Assembly: GCF_009914755.1 (NCBI RefSeq)
Contig: NC_060936.1
Direction: 5' to 3' (one strand)
DNA: 64,000 nucleotides
Source of the DNA: the human T2T-CHM13v2.0 reference genome, Homo sapiens
Numbering within the stretch: position 1 is the first letter of the stretch; each line of letters starts with the position of its first letter. The translations under genes were made by a program, and so were the position numbers. Positions 1 to 17,400 of the stretch are shown here, one piece after another. The notes beneath the pieces are model-generated. The model did no database searches, was not told the DNA's origin, and saw nothing but the letters and a program-made list of their open reading frames with translations.

Positions 1-284
1 ACAAATTAAGGATGCTGAATCCAGAAATGTAGACTATGGGGCATTAATGTATTTGTCTTTTAAAATTTAGAAAGCATGTCAGAAGATAGAAGTATTCAGT
101 GGACCTTCGGAAAGCAGAGTAATGGGTAGAGACTCTGACATTCAGGTGGTTGGAATTTATAGAGAAGCAAACTTTCTCTTAATATAAAGAAAAAACTTTA
201 TAATAAGGAGTCTTGTCCAAAATAACTTGGTGATTACCCCAAGAGTATTCAACAAGTAAAGAAATCACACTTAGTGTTTGCTCC

Positions 285-1006
285 TCATATGTCCTCATGG
301 GATGGCTCTAGAGTTTAAGCTTGTTATGAAATTATAATTGACTTATTTTTCAGCCTTCTCTCAGAGGAACTTCTTCCTCCAAAATTCTGAAAAATGTTAT
401 GCTGCAATTCTCTGAAATAGTTTCATGAGATTGGAAAAACCTAAGACAACTATGGATGCTAGCTGCTGCTATCTTTGTAGGTCATCAGGGACCAGGGAGT
501 TTTGTTCACCTTAAATTTCCATTTTGCTCCCATGTTCATGCTAAGGCCTGTGAAATGTGACAGCAGGGAGGCAAGAGATTTTCATGTAGTTTGATTTCAT
601 AGATTCAATGAGCATTTATTCAATTTTGGTAGGGAAATACCCATTATTCTCTGAGAAAACTACAGAGATTCCTAGTCCATCATCTTCATACTGTGTGCAG
701 AAAGACAACTATAACAGGTTTTCAAACAAAATTAAAACTTTATACAAAAATCCACATCGAAAAAGCTTTTAATATAATGATATGATCTTGAGAGGCTGAA
801 GATTATATTAGGCTTCTTAAATGCTCAACGTACTTGTATTGCATTGTTTTATTTTCCCTCGTTATAACTTTTCATGCATACACATATACTGATTGATCCG
901 TAGCATCATGTACTTCACTTTGTCTTTAAATTTGATGTGATGTTAGTGTTTACCTAACATTTAGTTCTATTAACATTTGGCGTACTGATATGGAATTTCG
1001 GTGAGG
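285..1006 (+). promoter_or_regulatory. Putative OR promoter/first-exon module, copy 1 (orphan)
   Basis: TAATTGACTTATT at 335-347, CAGAGG at 362-367, O/E-like TCCTCATGGGA at 292-302, candidate donor CG|GTGAGG at 1000/1001; aligns by eye with ~23090-23826 and ~36830-37534. Confidence 0.5.
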
Positions 1007-1491
1007 GTACTTAGAATACTATTTTCTATTACCAGGGTGCTAAGATTCTCTGATTCAAATAGTTGCAAATGATAAGTATTGATTTAAACTTCACAAATTA
1101 CGTTAAAATCACTAAATTAAACATTGTTTACTAGCACCTGGAGCTTGCTCCATTTGCTTTCAAATAGTTTCAACTCCTTATTATGGGATTTAAATTATGT
1201 TGATTGAAGTAGCTGAACTAATAAAGTATTATAAAAGTGTTTCAGTGGTGGATTGATACTGAACTATGTTATTCTTACCCTTGTGAGTTGAGAATGATAC
1301 CACTTTGCCCAATTTCATGATACCAGAATAGGTGATAAAATCAATAAAAATTCTGAATGTAAACTATTATCCTAGTGATCTCAGTGAGGACAAAACTACT
1401 AGTTGAGGCGGGGAGAGGAAGAGGAAGAAAAGGGAAGAGGTGGGTTAAGAAAAAAAGCAGGATATGTCAGAACTGAAAATAACATGAATGA

Positions 1492-1783
1492 CTGAGCAAA
1501 CTATTGCAAGGACAGAAAACCAGACACCGCATGTTCTCACTCATAGGTCGGAATTGAACAATGAGAACACTTGGACACAGGGTGGGGAACACCATACACC
1601 GGGGCCTGTCGTGGGGTGGGAGGGAGGGGGAGGGATAGCATTAGGAGATATACCTAATGTAAATGTAACAAACTTGCACGTTGTGCACATGTACCCTAGA
1701 ACTTAAGTATAATTAAAAAAAAAAAAGAAAAAAGAAATAAACACCAAAACACCAAGACCAAAAAATAAATAAATAAATAAAAA
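1492..1783 (+). mobile_element. 5'-truncated L1PA 3' end with A-rich tail
   Basis: L1 3'UTR sequence; 17-bp TSD GAAAATAACATGAATGA at 1475-1491 and 1784-1800; small internal deletion near 1663. Confidence 0.93.
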
Positions 1784-1938
1784 GAAAATAACATGAATGA
1801 AAAAAAGAATTCATTTCAAAGTCGTTTCCTAATTATCCTAATTTTGCATAAAAAGACAAAACAACAAAACCCAAAACCTTTACAAATACTAATTTCCATA
1901 TTTCTTAGGTTTATAAAATATGGCTTGTAGATTTTTGA

Positions 1939-2264
<326 letters not shown>

Positions 2265-5200
2265 CCTTCTTTCTTTATCAACACTTTTAAAGCACCCACT
2301 TGTTCAAATTTTTTGACACTCTGATGATTGGCCAGCTTCCTCAGTTGAATGTCTTTTAGTTAGATTTCTGTTGTGACAACCTACACAAACTAGCTTTGGG
2401 TTTAAGCAAAAGATAAACATTTAGTCATATAAATTTCATTTTGCTCTGTCTGCACATACACGATGGTAAGGCTGGAGAAGATGAGTTTCTCCTGAACATT
2501 CTAGGGAACTAGAAAACAGAAAACAGACAAAACTTCACATGCAAGCCAAACTTGTCAAATGCTACTCTTGGAAATGTTTACTTCAATAAATTTAAGGCTC
2601 TTTTTCCTTCTACTGGAAAATTAAATTCCAGTGAATAAGACCCTTATGTTCCAGCTTTGAGTATGTGTCCACTCATTATTCTAACAATCCATCTCATCTA
2701 TTTCACTGTCCAAATTCTTTTCTTTCAGTTAATACAGTTATGAAACTTCCAACACGTAACATAATGCAAGAAGTTCATGTCTTTATAAAATTATTGTCAT
2801 TCTATCCCTTAAGAGACATGATTCAAAATATTATGTGTTGCTATATTTAACTCCTAGTCTAACATTCCTGGTCGATTTCCATTCTTATATTAATTAATTG
2901 AGTATCCTGTTTTAATAGTTTATAATCTATACACTGATGGTAAGCTATCATCATCTCTACTATAATTAATAATAAATAAAATATGTAAACAAATATACAT
3001 TTCAATATGAATGAGAAAACATAAACAATTTAATTAAATGTTAAAGTTGTCTTAAAACATTCATCAAGGAAGTAAATTTGAACCAAACTATAGTCCTTAT
3101 TTTTGAAACAGGTCATGAGGTTATATTTCTTACTATACATTTCTTACTTCTCTTTGTATTTGGTGTTTTCTTGCCTTTGATCTCAGCTTTTCAGAATCTA
3201 ATGTCTAGTGAGTTTGTTCTAATCTGCATCCTGGATGGTTTTAGTTTTGTGGGGTACACGTACTGTAGTAGATACTCTCAGTTGCCTACATAGGGAGGCA
3301 CTGTCTTCTTTCTTCTTGACAAACCTCGCGTCAGAAAAGTTTCTATCACCAGTGGTAGATCTCTAGTTTATTCTTATTATAGGGTTTTTATTCCTTTTTA
3401 GTGGTAACTAGTTCAGGAATGGAAACATATTCTATTAAAACATACTTAAATAAGTTGAAGTAAATAGTCTGCTGGAGAGTTTGGGAACTACATGCATTTA
3501 TTTTTCCTTATTTTAAAAAAGAAGCAGAATTAATGAAAGAGTACAGCTCCTCAATTTCTTTTTGGACCATGTGAGAATAGAGAATTTACAGGATGGCAAA
3601 TATTTATTTTTTTGTTATCAGGTAAAAACAAAGTGATTTTGTTCCATCTTCAGCAGAAAGGAGAAACATTTTCAAATAAATATATGCATAATATATTCTC
3701 ATGCGCTGAATGTTTTTGTTCTAGTAAGAATCATATCTGTTTTAATAACTACCACTACACTCATCATTTGATAAAATTATGATAAGCTAAACTGGCTCTC
3801 AAGCGCCCTAACCTTTCACTGGCTAAACTATAAGATAAATGCAAAAAAAGCATCACATTTCTTTGTCATCTTTGCTGGTGGCACTAATTCTCTGCTATTC
3901 CTCTTGTGATCTGTATACATTTTAATATGATATTTTAGCAAGAAGTGCCATGAAATTCCATTTATCCCTTACTACTTTATTAGTCCTTACTCTATGTCAT
4001 GGATCAACCGTGCATGTTTACCAACTTCTTCAGCCTTATACCACAATTACATATACACTTAGGAAGTGGGAAATATACTACTGATTTTTAGGTTCCATGG
4101 TACCTATTAGGAGATGAAGACAAATCAAAACCCATTCCCTGTCTTACCCTCTAGAGTCCTTCATTCTGATGAGCAGCCTGGGTAACATTCTGGGTTCTTA
4201 AGATTTGGTGATAGTTCTAAAACGGGATCCAAATATCTCTAAAGGTCCACAAAATGTTTGGGTGTACACTTTTCTTTAGTGTTTGTTAGCCATAAATCAG
4301 CCACCAAAATACTCAGAGAAGGATTGTTGGAAGGATTTCAGTTCATATCTTTGGTATTAGAATGAGAACCTTACTTAGAGCTACCTAGACTTCTTCATGT
4401 TGGTGACTCTGTCAGAATTGGAAGTGAACAGGTTGTGAATTATAGTGGCTTAAGTTAGGTCTCTGTTGAGTGGATTGGTTCTCTCTCTCTGTCTGGGTCG
4501 CTGGAGTGCCCACTTATTTCATTCCCCATGATTAACTAACTATAGGTGGAGATCACTGTGCCACATCCATCTTTTTGACTAATAAGCCAAAAGCTTCTAC
4601 TATCGTCTAAATGAAATTTTCCTTGGCTCTCTCAGTCAAATGCCACAATTTGAAGTCTGTAACTACACAATTACTACTAATATCAGGGAGATCGTTTTAA
4701 CTTTTATCATTGCCCCATGAACATTCTTAGGGAGAAACATCACAGCTGATTTGAAAGTCGCTGGTTGTTTCCTTGGTCACTGGTAAATGAAAAATTTTAT
4801 AGCACCTCAGGGTGCACCTATCCAGGATATATTAAATAATTATGAAAGTAGGTCTTCTTAATTGATTAAAAGTTTAATAGAAACACCTTTAGGAGTTTAT
4901 TAATATGATGTTGGAGATAATTTTGGAGATATGTTTAAAAATATTTAAAATAAAATAATTTACTTAATATTTTAAAATATTATAAAAAACGAATTCTGTA
5001 TTATTGAGTTAACTCTGAGGAGGGTGGGGATATACAGCATTTTCATAATACTTCTCTATTAGGCTGGTCCAGGGCAGAGAGCCATCTGTAGGAATCTGAT
5101 TTAGACAATGTTAAAAAAATGAGAAGGTTGGATTTATCATGAGATTTGCATGACTGAGGGCAGAAATTCTAAGTCAACAGCACTTATGTTTAACAGAACC

Positions 5201-5773
5201 TTAATTAAATTTGAGACTTAAAATAGATGGCTCAAAGTCTACTTTAAAATAGACCATTGAAAGAAAAGTAAGTTAGGCATAATTTTAAAGGTGTTTTGGC
5301 AATGTGAGCTAGCAATTGCAGAGAGATTATAAGGGGAGATAAAGAGGGCACAAAACCATAGCAGATATGAGAGCCGCTGGCAAAAATATAGCAGTGACAA
5401 GCTCCATGGTGAGGTTATTGAGAGACATTTAAAAGTGTGAGGTCTAGCATCCAGTTTAAGTAAATTTCTATACCCCTTTTCTGTTACCCTTAAGCTCTTA
5501 AGAGAAGTCTGCTTTGCAAAATAGGTGTGTGCTAGTGTTGCTGTGGGAGGCTAACAGATTGTAAAGGTCATGGAATCTTTAGGAAATCATCTCGACTTTT
5601 GAGTTCAGGGTGGTAACTTCACAAACTGGGTGGACAGTATTTTTAGTAGTTTCAGTTGTAGCAGCAAAATGAGCACAGGACCAGAGTCTGCCTGAGAGTC
5701 ACAGGCAGGAGCCAGCTGACAAATGAGAATAAGCAGCAATGTGGATGGGCTTGAGAATAGCATTAGAGAAGCT

Positions 5774-6097
5774 TAGGGACATGGATGAAGCTGGAAACCA
5801 TCATTCTCAGCAAACTATCGCAAGGACAAAAAACCAAACACCGCATGTTCTCACTCAGAGGTGGGAATTCAACAATGGGAACACATGGACACAGGAAGGG
5901 GAACATCACACACCAGGGCCTGTTGTGGGGTGGGGGGGGTGGGGGAGGGATAGCATTAGGAGATATACCTAATGCTAAGTGACGAGTTAATGGGTGCAGC
6001 ACACCAGCATGGCACGTGTATACATACGTAACAAACCTGCACATTGTGCACATGTACCCTAAAACTTAAAGTACAAAACAAAACAAACAAAAAAAAA
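5774..6097 (+). mobile_element. 5'-truncated young L1PA 3' end
   Basis: ORF2 C-terminus [24 protein letters not shown], 3'UTR and A-rich tail; no TSD recognised. Confidence 0.92.
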
Positions 6098-6363
6098 TGA
6101 CTTTAAAGTACAGAGTTTGCCTTATACACTATTAGAAAACTATGTGTCTCTAACAGAGAATGTTATGTATCCCTTGCTGTATATTTTGCTATTATTTAAC
6201 TTAAAATTTCATCAAATTCATCTATTTGTCTATCAGTAGGAAATATTTTATTTTTCCTGAGCTCCCTTTGCAGCTCTATGTTACCTTGTAATAAATTTGT
6301 CCAGGTCGTGAGTGAAGTGTAAGGACAATACACAGCCAGCTTTTTGGAGGGAGACTGGGCATT

Positions 6364-6563
6364 TTCCTACCAACAAAGACGTTCTCCTGCATGATCATAT
6401 TTCAGTACTCAGAATCAGGATTGCTTTACCATCGTCTAAACCTCCGAACTGACCAGTTGTTCCAAAGGCGTCATTGATAGTAAAAGGAATGGTAATGTGT
6501 AAAGTTTAGAGTCACATTTTGCATCCAGTTGTATATGTAAGTCTCCTTAAACATAGAACAGTT
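6364..6563 (+). repeat. ~200-bp direct duplication, copy 1 (partner 12994-13192)
   Basis: TTCCTACCAACAAAGAC...TAGAACAGTT matches 12994-13192 at roughly 93% by eye. Confidence 0.9.
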
Positions 6564-7099
6564 TGAAACTTGATTTTGAAACCTGGGCAAGGAAGGGGCT
6601 CTAAAAAATATAGAGTAAACTCAGACAATATTCTCCTTCTCATAGTTGGAGCAGAGTGTCTCTTCCATTCACATGAAAGATATTTTTAACCTATTTCCAA
6701 ATACACTCGACTGGCCACTAAATATGTACTATAGTGCTATAGGGTAGTGCTATATAAGTGGATCATCAGATAAATATGATGTTTTGAGAGTTAACACACA
6801 GAAACATTACATTTAGAAATAATCTCAAACTTATAGAGAATTTCTGGTACAAAAGAAAAAACTTTTTTTTATTTTTTTTTAAATTTTTTTTTTTATTATA
6901 CTCTAAGTTTTAGGGTACATGTGCACATTGTGCAGGTTAGTTACATATGTATACATGTGCCATGCTGCTGCGCTGCACCCACTAATGTGTCATCTAGCAT
7001 TAGGTATATCTCCCAATGCTATCCCTCCCCCCTCCCCCGACCCCACCACTGTCCCCAGAGTGTGATATTCCCCTTCCTGTGTCCATGTGATCTCATTGT

Positions 7100-10950
<3,851 letters not shown>

Positions 10951-10989
10951 TCATTAGTTGATGCAGTTTCTTCCTAGTCTCGATGGTCT

Positions 10990-12005
10990 TTACATTTTGG
11001 CATGATTTTGCAGCGGCTGGTACCGGTTGTTCCTTTCCATGTTTAGTGCTTCCTTCAGGAGCTCTTTTAGGGCAGGCCTGGTGGTGACAAAATCTCTCAG
11101 TATTTGCTTGTCTATAAAGTATTTTATTTCTCCTTCACTTATGAAGCTTAGTTTGGCTGGATAAGAAATTCTGGGTTGAAAATTCTTTTCTTTAAGAATG
11201 TTGAATATTGGCCCCCACTCTCTTCTGGCTTGTAGGGTTTCTGCCGAGAGATCCGCTGTTAGTCTGATGGGCTTTCCTTTGAGGGTAACCCAACCTTTCT
11301 CTCTGGCTGCCCTTAACATTTTTTCCTTCATTTCAACTTTGGTGAATCTGACGATTATGTGTCTTGGAGTTGCTCTTCTCGAGGAGTATCTTTGTGGCAT
11401 TCTCTGTATTTCCTGAATCTGAACGTTGGCCTGCCTTGCTAGATTGGGGAAGTTCTGGATAATATCCTGCAGAGTGTTTTCCAACTTGGTTCCATTCTCC
11501 ACATCACTTTCAGGTACACCAATCAGATGTAGATTTGGTCTTTTCACATAGTCCCATATTTCTTGGAGGCTTTGCTCATTTCTTTTTATTCTTTTTTCTC
11601 TATAAACTTCCCTTCTCGCTTCATTTCATTCATTTCATCTTCCATTGCTGATACCCTTTCTTCCAGTTGATCGCATCGGCTCCTGAGGCTTCTGCATTCT
11701 TCACGTAGTTCTCGAGCCTTGGTTTTCAGCTCCATCAGCTCCTTTAAGCACTTCTCTGTACTGGTTATTCTAGTTATACATTCTTCTAAATTTTTTTCAA
11801 AGTTTTCAACTTCTTTGCCTTTGGTTTGAATGTCCTCCCGTAGCTCAGAGTAATTTGATCATCTGAAGCCTTCTTCTCTCAGCTCGTCAAAATCATTCTC
11901 CATCCAGCTTTGTTCTGTTGCTGGTGAGGAACTGCGTTCCTTTGGAGGAGGAGAGGTGCTCTGCGTTTTAGAGTTTCCAGTTTTTCTGTTCTGTTTTTTC
12001 CCCAT
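10990..12005 (-). pseudogene. L1 ORF1, frameshifted
   Basis: ATG at 12005-12003; 2-bp insertion near 11601, 3-bp deletion near 11457 (IQENF>IQNF); span 1016 nt. Confidence 0.9.
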
Positions 12006-12911
12006 CTTTGTGGTTTTATCTACTTTTGGTCTTTGATGATGGTGATGTACAGATGGGTTTTTGGTGTGGATGTCCTTTCTGTTTATTAGTTTTCCTTGTA
12101 ACAGACAGGACCCTCAGCTGCAGGTCTGTTGGATTACCCTGCCGTGTGAGGTGTCAGTGTGCCCCTGCTGGGGGGTGCCTCCCAGTTAGGCTGCTCAGGG
12201 GTCAGGGGTCAGGGACCCACTTGAGGAGGCAGTCTGCCCGTTCTCAGATATCCAGCTGCGTGCTGGGAGAACCACTGCTCTCTTCAAAGCTGTCAGACAG
12301 GGACACTTAAGTCTGCAGAGGTTACTGCTGTCTTTTTGTTTGTCTGTGCCCTGCCTCCAGAGGTGGAGCCTACAGAGGCAGGCAGGCCTCCTTGAGCTGT
12401 GGTGGGCTCCACCCAGTTCGAGTTTCCTGGCTGCTTTGTTTACCTAAGCAAGCCTGGGCAATGGCGGGCGCCCCTCCCCCAGCCTCGTTGCTGCCTTGCA
12501 GTTTGATCTCAGACTGCTGTGCTAGCAATCAGCGAGATTCCGTGGGCGTAGGACCCTCTGAGCCAGGTGTGGGATATAGTCTCGTGGTGCGCCGTTTCTT
12601 AAGCCGGTCTGAAAAGCGCAATATTCAGGTGGGAGTGACCCGATTTTCCAGGTGCGTCCGTCACCCCTTTCTTTGACTCGGAAAGGGAACTCCCTGACCC
12701 CTTGCGCTTCCCAGGTGAGGCAATGCCTCGCCCTGCTTTGGCTCGCGCACGGTGCGCACACACACTGGCCTGCGCCCACTGTCTGGCACTCCCTAGTGAG
12801 ATGAACCCGGTACCTCAGATGGAAATGCAGAAATCACCCGTCTTCTGCGTCGCACACGCTGGGAGCTGTAGACCGGAGCTGTTCCTATTCGGCCATCTTG
12901 GCTCCTCCTCC
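12006..12911 (-). promoter_or_regulatory. L1 5'UTR with sense and antisense promoters, CpG-rich
   Basis: Intact L1HS 5'UTR; YY1 site (GGCCATCTTG on +) at 12891-12900; most CpG-rich segment of the window. Confidence 0.85.
12461..12676 (+). CDS. L1 ORF0 (71 aa), intact
   Basis: MAGAPPPASLLPCSLISDCCASNQRDSVGVGPSEPG...RCVRHPFL, antisense in the L1 5'UTR. Confidence 0.8.
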   Translation: MAGAPPPASLLPCSLISDCCASNQRDSVGVGPSEPGVGYSLVVRRFLSRSEKRNIQVGVTRFSRCVRHPFL

Positions 12912-12993
12912 AAGAAAAAACTTTTAAAATAAACCATTTGAGAGTAAGTTGCCAACATAATGATCCATCTTTCCCAGATACTTTGATGTGTAA

Positions 12994-13192
12994 TTCCTAC
13001 CACCAAAGACATTCTCCTCATAATCATATTTCAATACTCAGAATCAGGATTGCTTTACCATCGTTTAAGCCTCCGAATTGACCAGTTGTTCCAAAGGCCT
13101 CATTGATAGTAAAAGGAATGGTAATATGGAAAGTTTAGAGTCACATTTTGCATCCAGTTGTGTATGTAAGTCTCCTTAAATATAGAACAGTT
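12994..13192 (+). repeat. ~200-bp direct duplication, copy 2 (probable source, within old L1M)
   Basis: Matches 6364-6563. Confidence 0.9.
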
Positions 13193-14026
13193 CATCAGTC
13201 TTTCTTTGATACTCCTTGATTTTTTTCTCTTTATATTCTTGATGATTTCAGGCCAGTTATTGGGTAGAACGCCCCTCAAATTGTGTTTTTCTGATTTTCT
13301 TAATGATTAAATTCAGGTACGTATCCTTGTCAGGATTATCAAACAAGTGTAGTGAACCATGCTTACAATATGTTATCTCAGTGGCACACAATGCCAATCT
13401 GTCCCAAACCCATTTGATTAAAATAGTATCTGCTCTCTTTCTCCTCTGTAAATTTACTTTCTCTTTTTGTAATTAGTAAGTATTTTTATTAAACATTGTG
13501 AGACCATGTAGGTATTCTAGTTTTCTAAGTTTTGAAAAATTTATTTATTTATATAAGCGTGAACTCATGGTTTTCTACTTTATTTAATGTGTTATAATAC
13601 ATTATTGACATTGTTTATTTTGATGCTCAGATTATCCCCAGTTTAGCCAGTGGGAGTTTCTTTGAGCTAGCTTCTGTGTTTTTTTGACTTATCTCCAACA
13701 TTCTTTTAACACTTTATACTTTTTGACACAAAACAACAGAACAGATTTTTGTGTTCTTTGCCTATCTGATATGAAATTACGCATTTCTCCAAGGATCCCT
13801 GGTTCCTTTTAGTGGAGAAGTGTATTTAGAAATCAAGACATGGGTGATGTGTGTTCAATGTTACTGCTATTTAGGTGCTGGTAGGTCTCTTAGTTGGCAG
13901 ACATACATATGTATATATGTATATGTACACATCCACATACATTCATATGTGCACTCATTCATGTATGCATACATACCATCATTTGCACCTACATTTCTAT
14001 ATCTATTACATATTGAAAATGATGAG

Positions 14027-14407
14027 TGATATGGTTTGGATTTCTGTCCCCACCCAAAGCTCATGTTGACTTGTAATCCCCCATGGTGGAGGCGGTACCT
14101 GATGGAAGGTGATTGTACCATGGGGGCAAACTTACTCCTTGCTGTTCTAGTGATAGTGAGTGAGTTCTCATAAGATCTGGTTGTTTAAAAATGTGTAGCA
14201 CCTCCCGCCTTCTCTCTCTCTCTCCTGCTCCACCATGTGAAGATGTGCCTGCTTCCCCTTTACCTTCTGCCATGATTGAAAGTTTCCTGAAGCTTCCCCA
14301 GCCATGCTACCAGTACAGCCAGCAGAACCATGAGCCAATTAAACCTCTTTTATAAGTTACCCAGTCTCAGGTAGTTCTTTATAGCAGCATGAGAATGGAC
14401 TATTACA
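14027..14407 (+). mobile_element. MaLR solo LTR (MST-type)
   Basis: TGATATGGTTTGG...GAATGGACTATTACA termini and typical MST body. Confidence 0.88.
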
Positions 14408-17400
14408 GTGAATCTATTCTGACACTATAAATTCCAATCCAACAGTACAGAGTTTATTCTGGTTTCTCAATTTGCATATTGCAAACTCCCTCTCCAATAC
14501 TCATTATGTTTAATATATTTACTTTTTGACTAATTCCGCTTTATATTTTCTCTATACTCTCATTACTGCTGTCTCTCTTTCCCCTACATGATTGTTCTTT
14601 TTATCCTAATCTGGCTTCTGCACCTGTTGCTGGGCTGCTGCTAGTATAAACCTGTGTAAATACCCTTTGCATCCTGACCACTATCCAACACTCTGCCTTG
14701 GGCCTTTCTGCTATATGGAAACCATCTACAACTCAACCATGCTCTGATATCCTATGCTAGGTCCCACCAATTGACTACTATGAATGCTTTCCTGATCCCA
14801 CATTTACTCTGATACCATTATAAATATGGAGAATCTCATGGATTTCTTCTGTTATAATGTTACGGCAAAGATCTTTGTAAATGCTCTCTGGGAAAGTTTT
14901 TGTGGATGCTGTTTGGGAAAGAGACACCAAAAGAGTTTCATTATTCTGAATCTGTGGCTTGAATTTGGGAAGAGTTGATAGAAGAGACAAGATATGAACA
15001 CTAACCATTAAAAATGGTTATAGTTTCAGGCTAGAGTGAAAATAAACAGAGAAGCAAAAACTGATAATTAGAAATTCTAGCTTATTCAGAATAGACAAAA
15101 TTAAAAACTGTTTTCAATACATAGAAAAGTACACAATGTTAATAGTTCTCGAGTGAGATTATTTTGACACTATAAAGAGCGTCTGCACTCTGTGAACCAA
15201 TTAACTTGTTTTAGGGTAGACTATGTACTCAAAAATCAGTTTGTCATGTTACCATCTGTGTAACATGTTGCATGAGAGGATTCAAAAGATTTTCCCCGGT
15301 ATATAAATAAAACATGAGGCACCCAACAATGGCCAAAATTGTAAACATTTTATTGTTTTTTCTAATACTCATTTTTTGAAAGTCTACCTCCAAACCTTCT
15401 ACAACATACTATAACAAAAAAGTTGTCTTTTATATTTTATAATGTGTTGACACAACCAGACAATTTTAAATTGGTGTTATTCCCTTTATTTTCTTTCATA
15501 CACATGCTCCCATAGTCAGGCATGACTTTTCAGATATGCCGTAAAGTGTTAAATATGAAAATGATACTAATGCATCCCAAATCCTACACATTCTTTTCCA
15601 CATATTAAATGATGGCCAGTTTATATTCTATGTAATAAAAGAAGTCCATGTATATATTAAACCTATATTTGAAGACTGAGCATTTTGTCATGCATGGATA
15701 TGGTATTTAAATGTTTTTCCAAGTAGTGTAAGTAGAATTATTAAATTTTCATCATAATCAGCATTATAAGAAGTAAATATGTTTATAAGAGGAAATACTT
15801 GTTAAAAGTAACCAGATATTATACTTTGCTTCAGTTGAGCTTTTAATTGATTTAATTATAAATTCCCGCTTATTATATCATTTTTGTGAAAGTGAGAACT
15901 TACTTATTATAAAATCTAGTAAAGGTAATTAAGGAAATTTAAGTTGATTAGGCTTTGTGTGAGAAAATGAACCTAAATCTTGTATAAATGAAATTATTAT
16001 TTTCACATTATTTTTAAAACCGATAAGAGCAGGCAGAAGAAATAACATTGTTTCTAAGCCAAAATTGTCAGCTTACACAAGGTTCTTTTTTTTACCACAT
16101 TAATATATCAGATATAAATCCCATTTTTTTGAGAATACTGAAGTTTACTTCGTACTCTTCTCTTTCTAACAACTTGCACTACATTGCCACCTGTCGTGAA
16201 GCCTAATAACCAAAACCATTACAAATTTAGCTAAATTATTTTTCTCCTTAAGTAAGTTTTATCAAGTGTCGGAAGCTTATTTTAAGCAAGCCAACAAATG
16301 TAGAACATTTTGCATGAAGTATTTCTAGAAAATTTTACAGTTCTCTCATATTAAAAATGCTTTTCTAGTCTTTATAAGCCAATGAAGAACAGCTTCATTT
16401 GATAAACAGACTACTGTGTAGTTCTATAAGTGAAGATATATCAATATGTTTGCTGAGAAAGTATTTCTGACTCAAAACACACTTTATTCTTATCAAACTC
16501 TTAGGTAGATTAGCACATTCAGGAACAGTTTTTAGCTGACTAACTCTCAACATATTGTGTGTTGCTTTTTCTGTAGCACCTGTTGAGTGAGATTGAGGGT
16601 TCAGCTAGGGTCATAACTTTAAGCACCATTAAGTTCGTGTCGTCAGTACGTGAAGCACAGTTTTACATCTGAATTTTCCATCATTTGTATATTTCTATGG
16701 GCCTTTCTTATAGTATGAAAGAGGAGAAAGAGAAATCATGTACTCAGAAGCATCAGATTTTTCATAGTCATGAAACTCTTCTTCTCAAATCAAAAGTAAT
16801 TTTCCCCATTCTTCATTCCATTCTTTCATTCATTTGTTCTATTTTGTACAGTTTGTTCAAATTATGAACACTTTTCTTAAAAGCCAGAGGCTTTGCCATA
16901 CAAAACCAGTTTCAGAAGTTTTTGGGAAACATTTACACATTTTCTCCCCATAGATGGGAATGTGCCTGTTTGAAATAGATGTTATTACAGTGTGTGAAAA
17001 TGGCTTTACAACCAATTAATTTCCAAATATTTCCTGACATAAGAGAAAATTTGCCACAGATACAGAAAAAGTACAAAAGATCTTTGTAAGAAATGAATTA
17101 CTTCAGGATAGAAAAGGCATTTTTAAAATTTACATGCTCATTATGAGAACTAGAAGTCTCATTTTCCAGTGGCAGCTGTAAGTCAGAGTAAACTTAGCAC
17201 AAAAGCTCCATAATAGTCACGGTTATTCCAGATCTCTAAGATCTTCCCTTTATTCCAGAGAGAAATGTATTGTTTTCTTTCTGATGATTTAGGCTCACAA
17301 TGGCATACAAATAAAATGCATAGCTTAAAGGATGTTAAAAGAAAGTGAAGACTCAAGATGAAAAATAAAAAAGGTCAACTCTATAGAACATCTGTCTTGT

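Larger units (their letters stand above)
12926..14620 (-). mobile_element. Old L1M (L1MC-like) 3' region, host of the L1HS and MST insertions
   Basis: Degenerate L1M 3'UTR-like sequence; boundaries approximate. Confidence 0.55.

Noticed and set aside
3078-3293. 71-aa hydrophobic ORF as a remnant of a third OR gene
   Set aside because: No OR motifs; TTG start; hydrophobicity follows from T-rich composition
4085-4100. TTTTAG|GTTCCATGG resembling the OR9K acceptor and ATG
   Set aside because: The following sequence looks L2-like and does not translate to OR motifs; the match is too short
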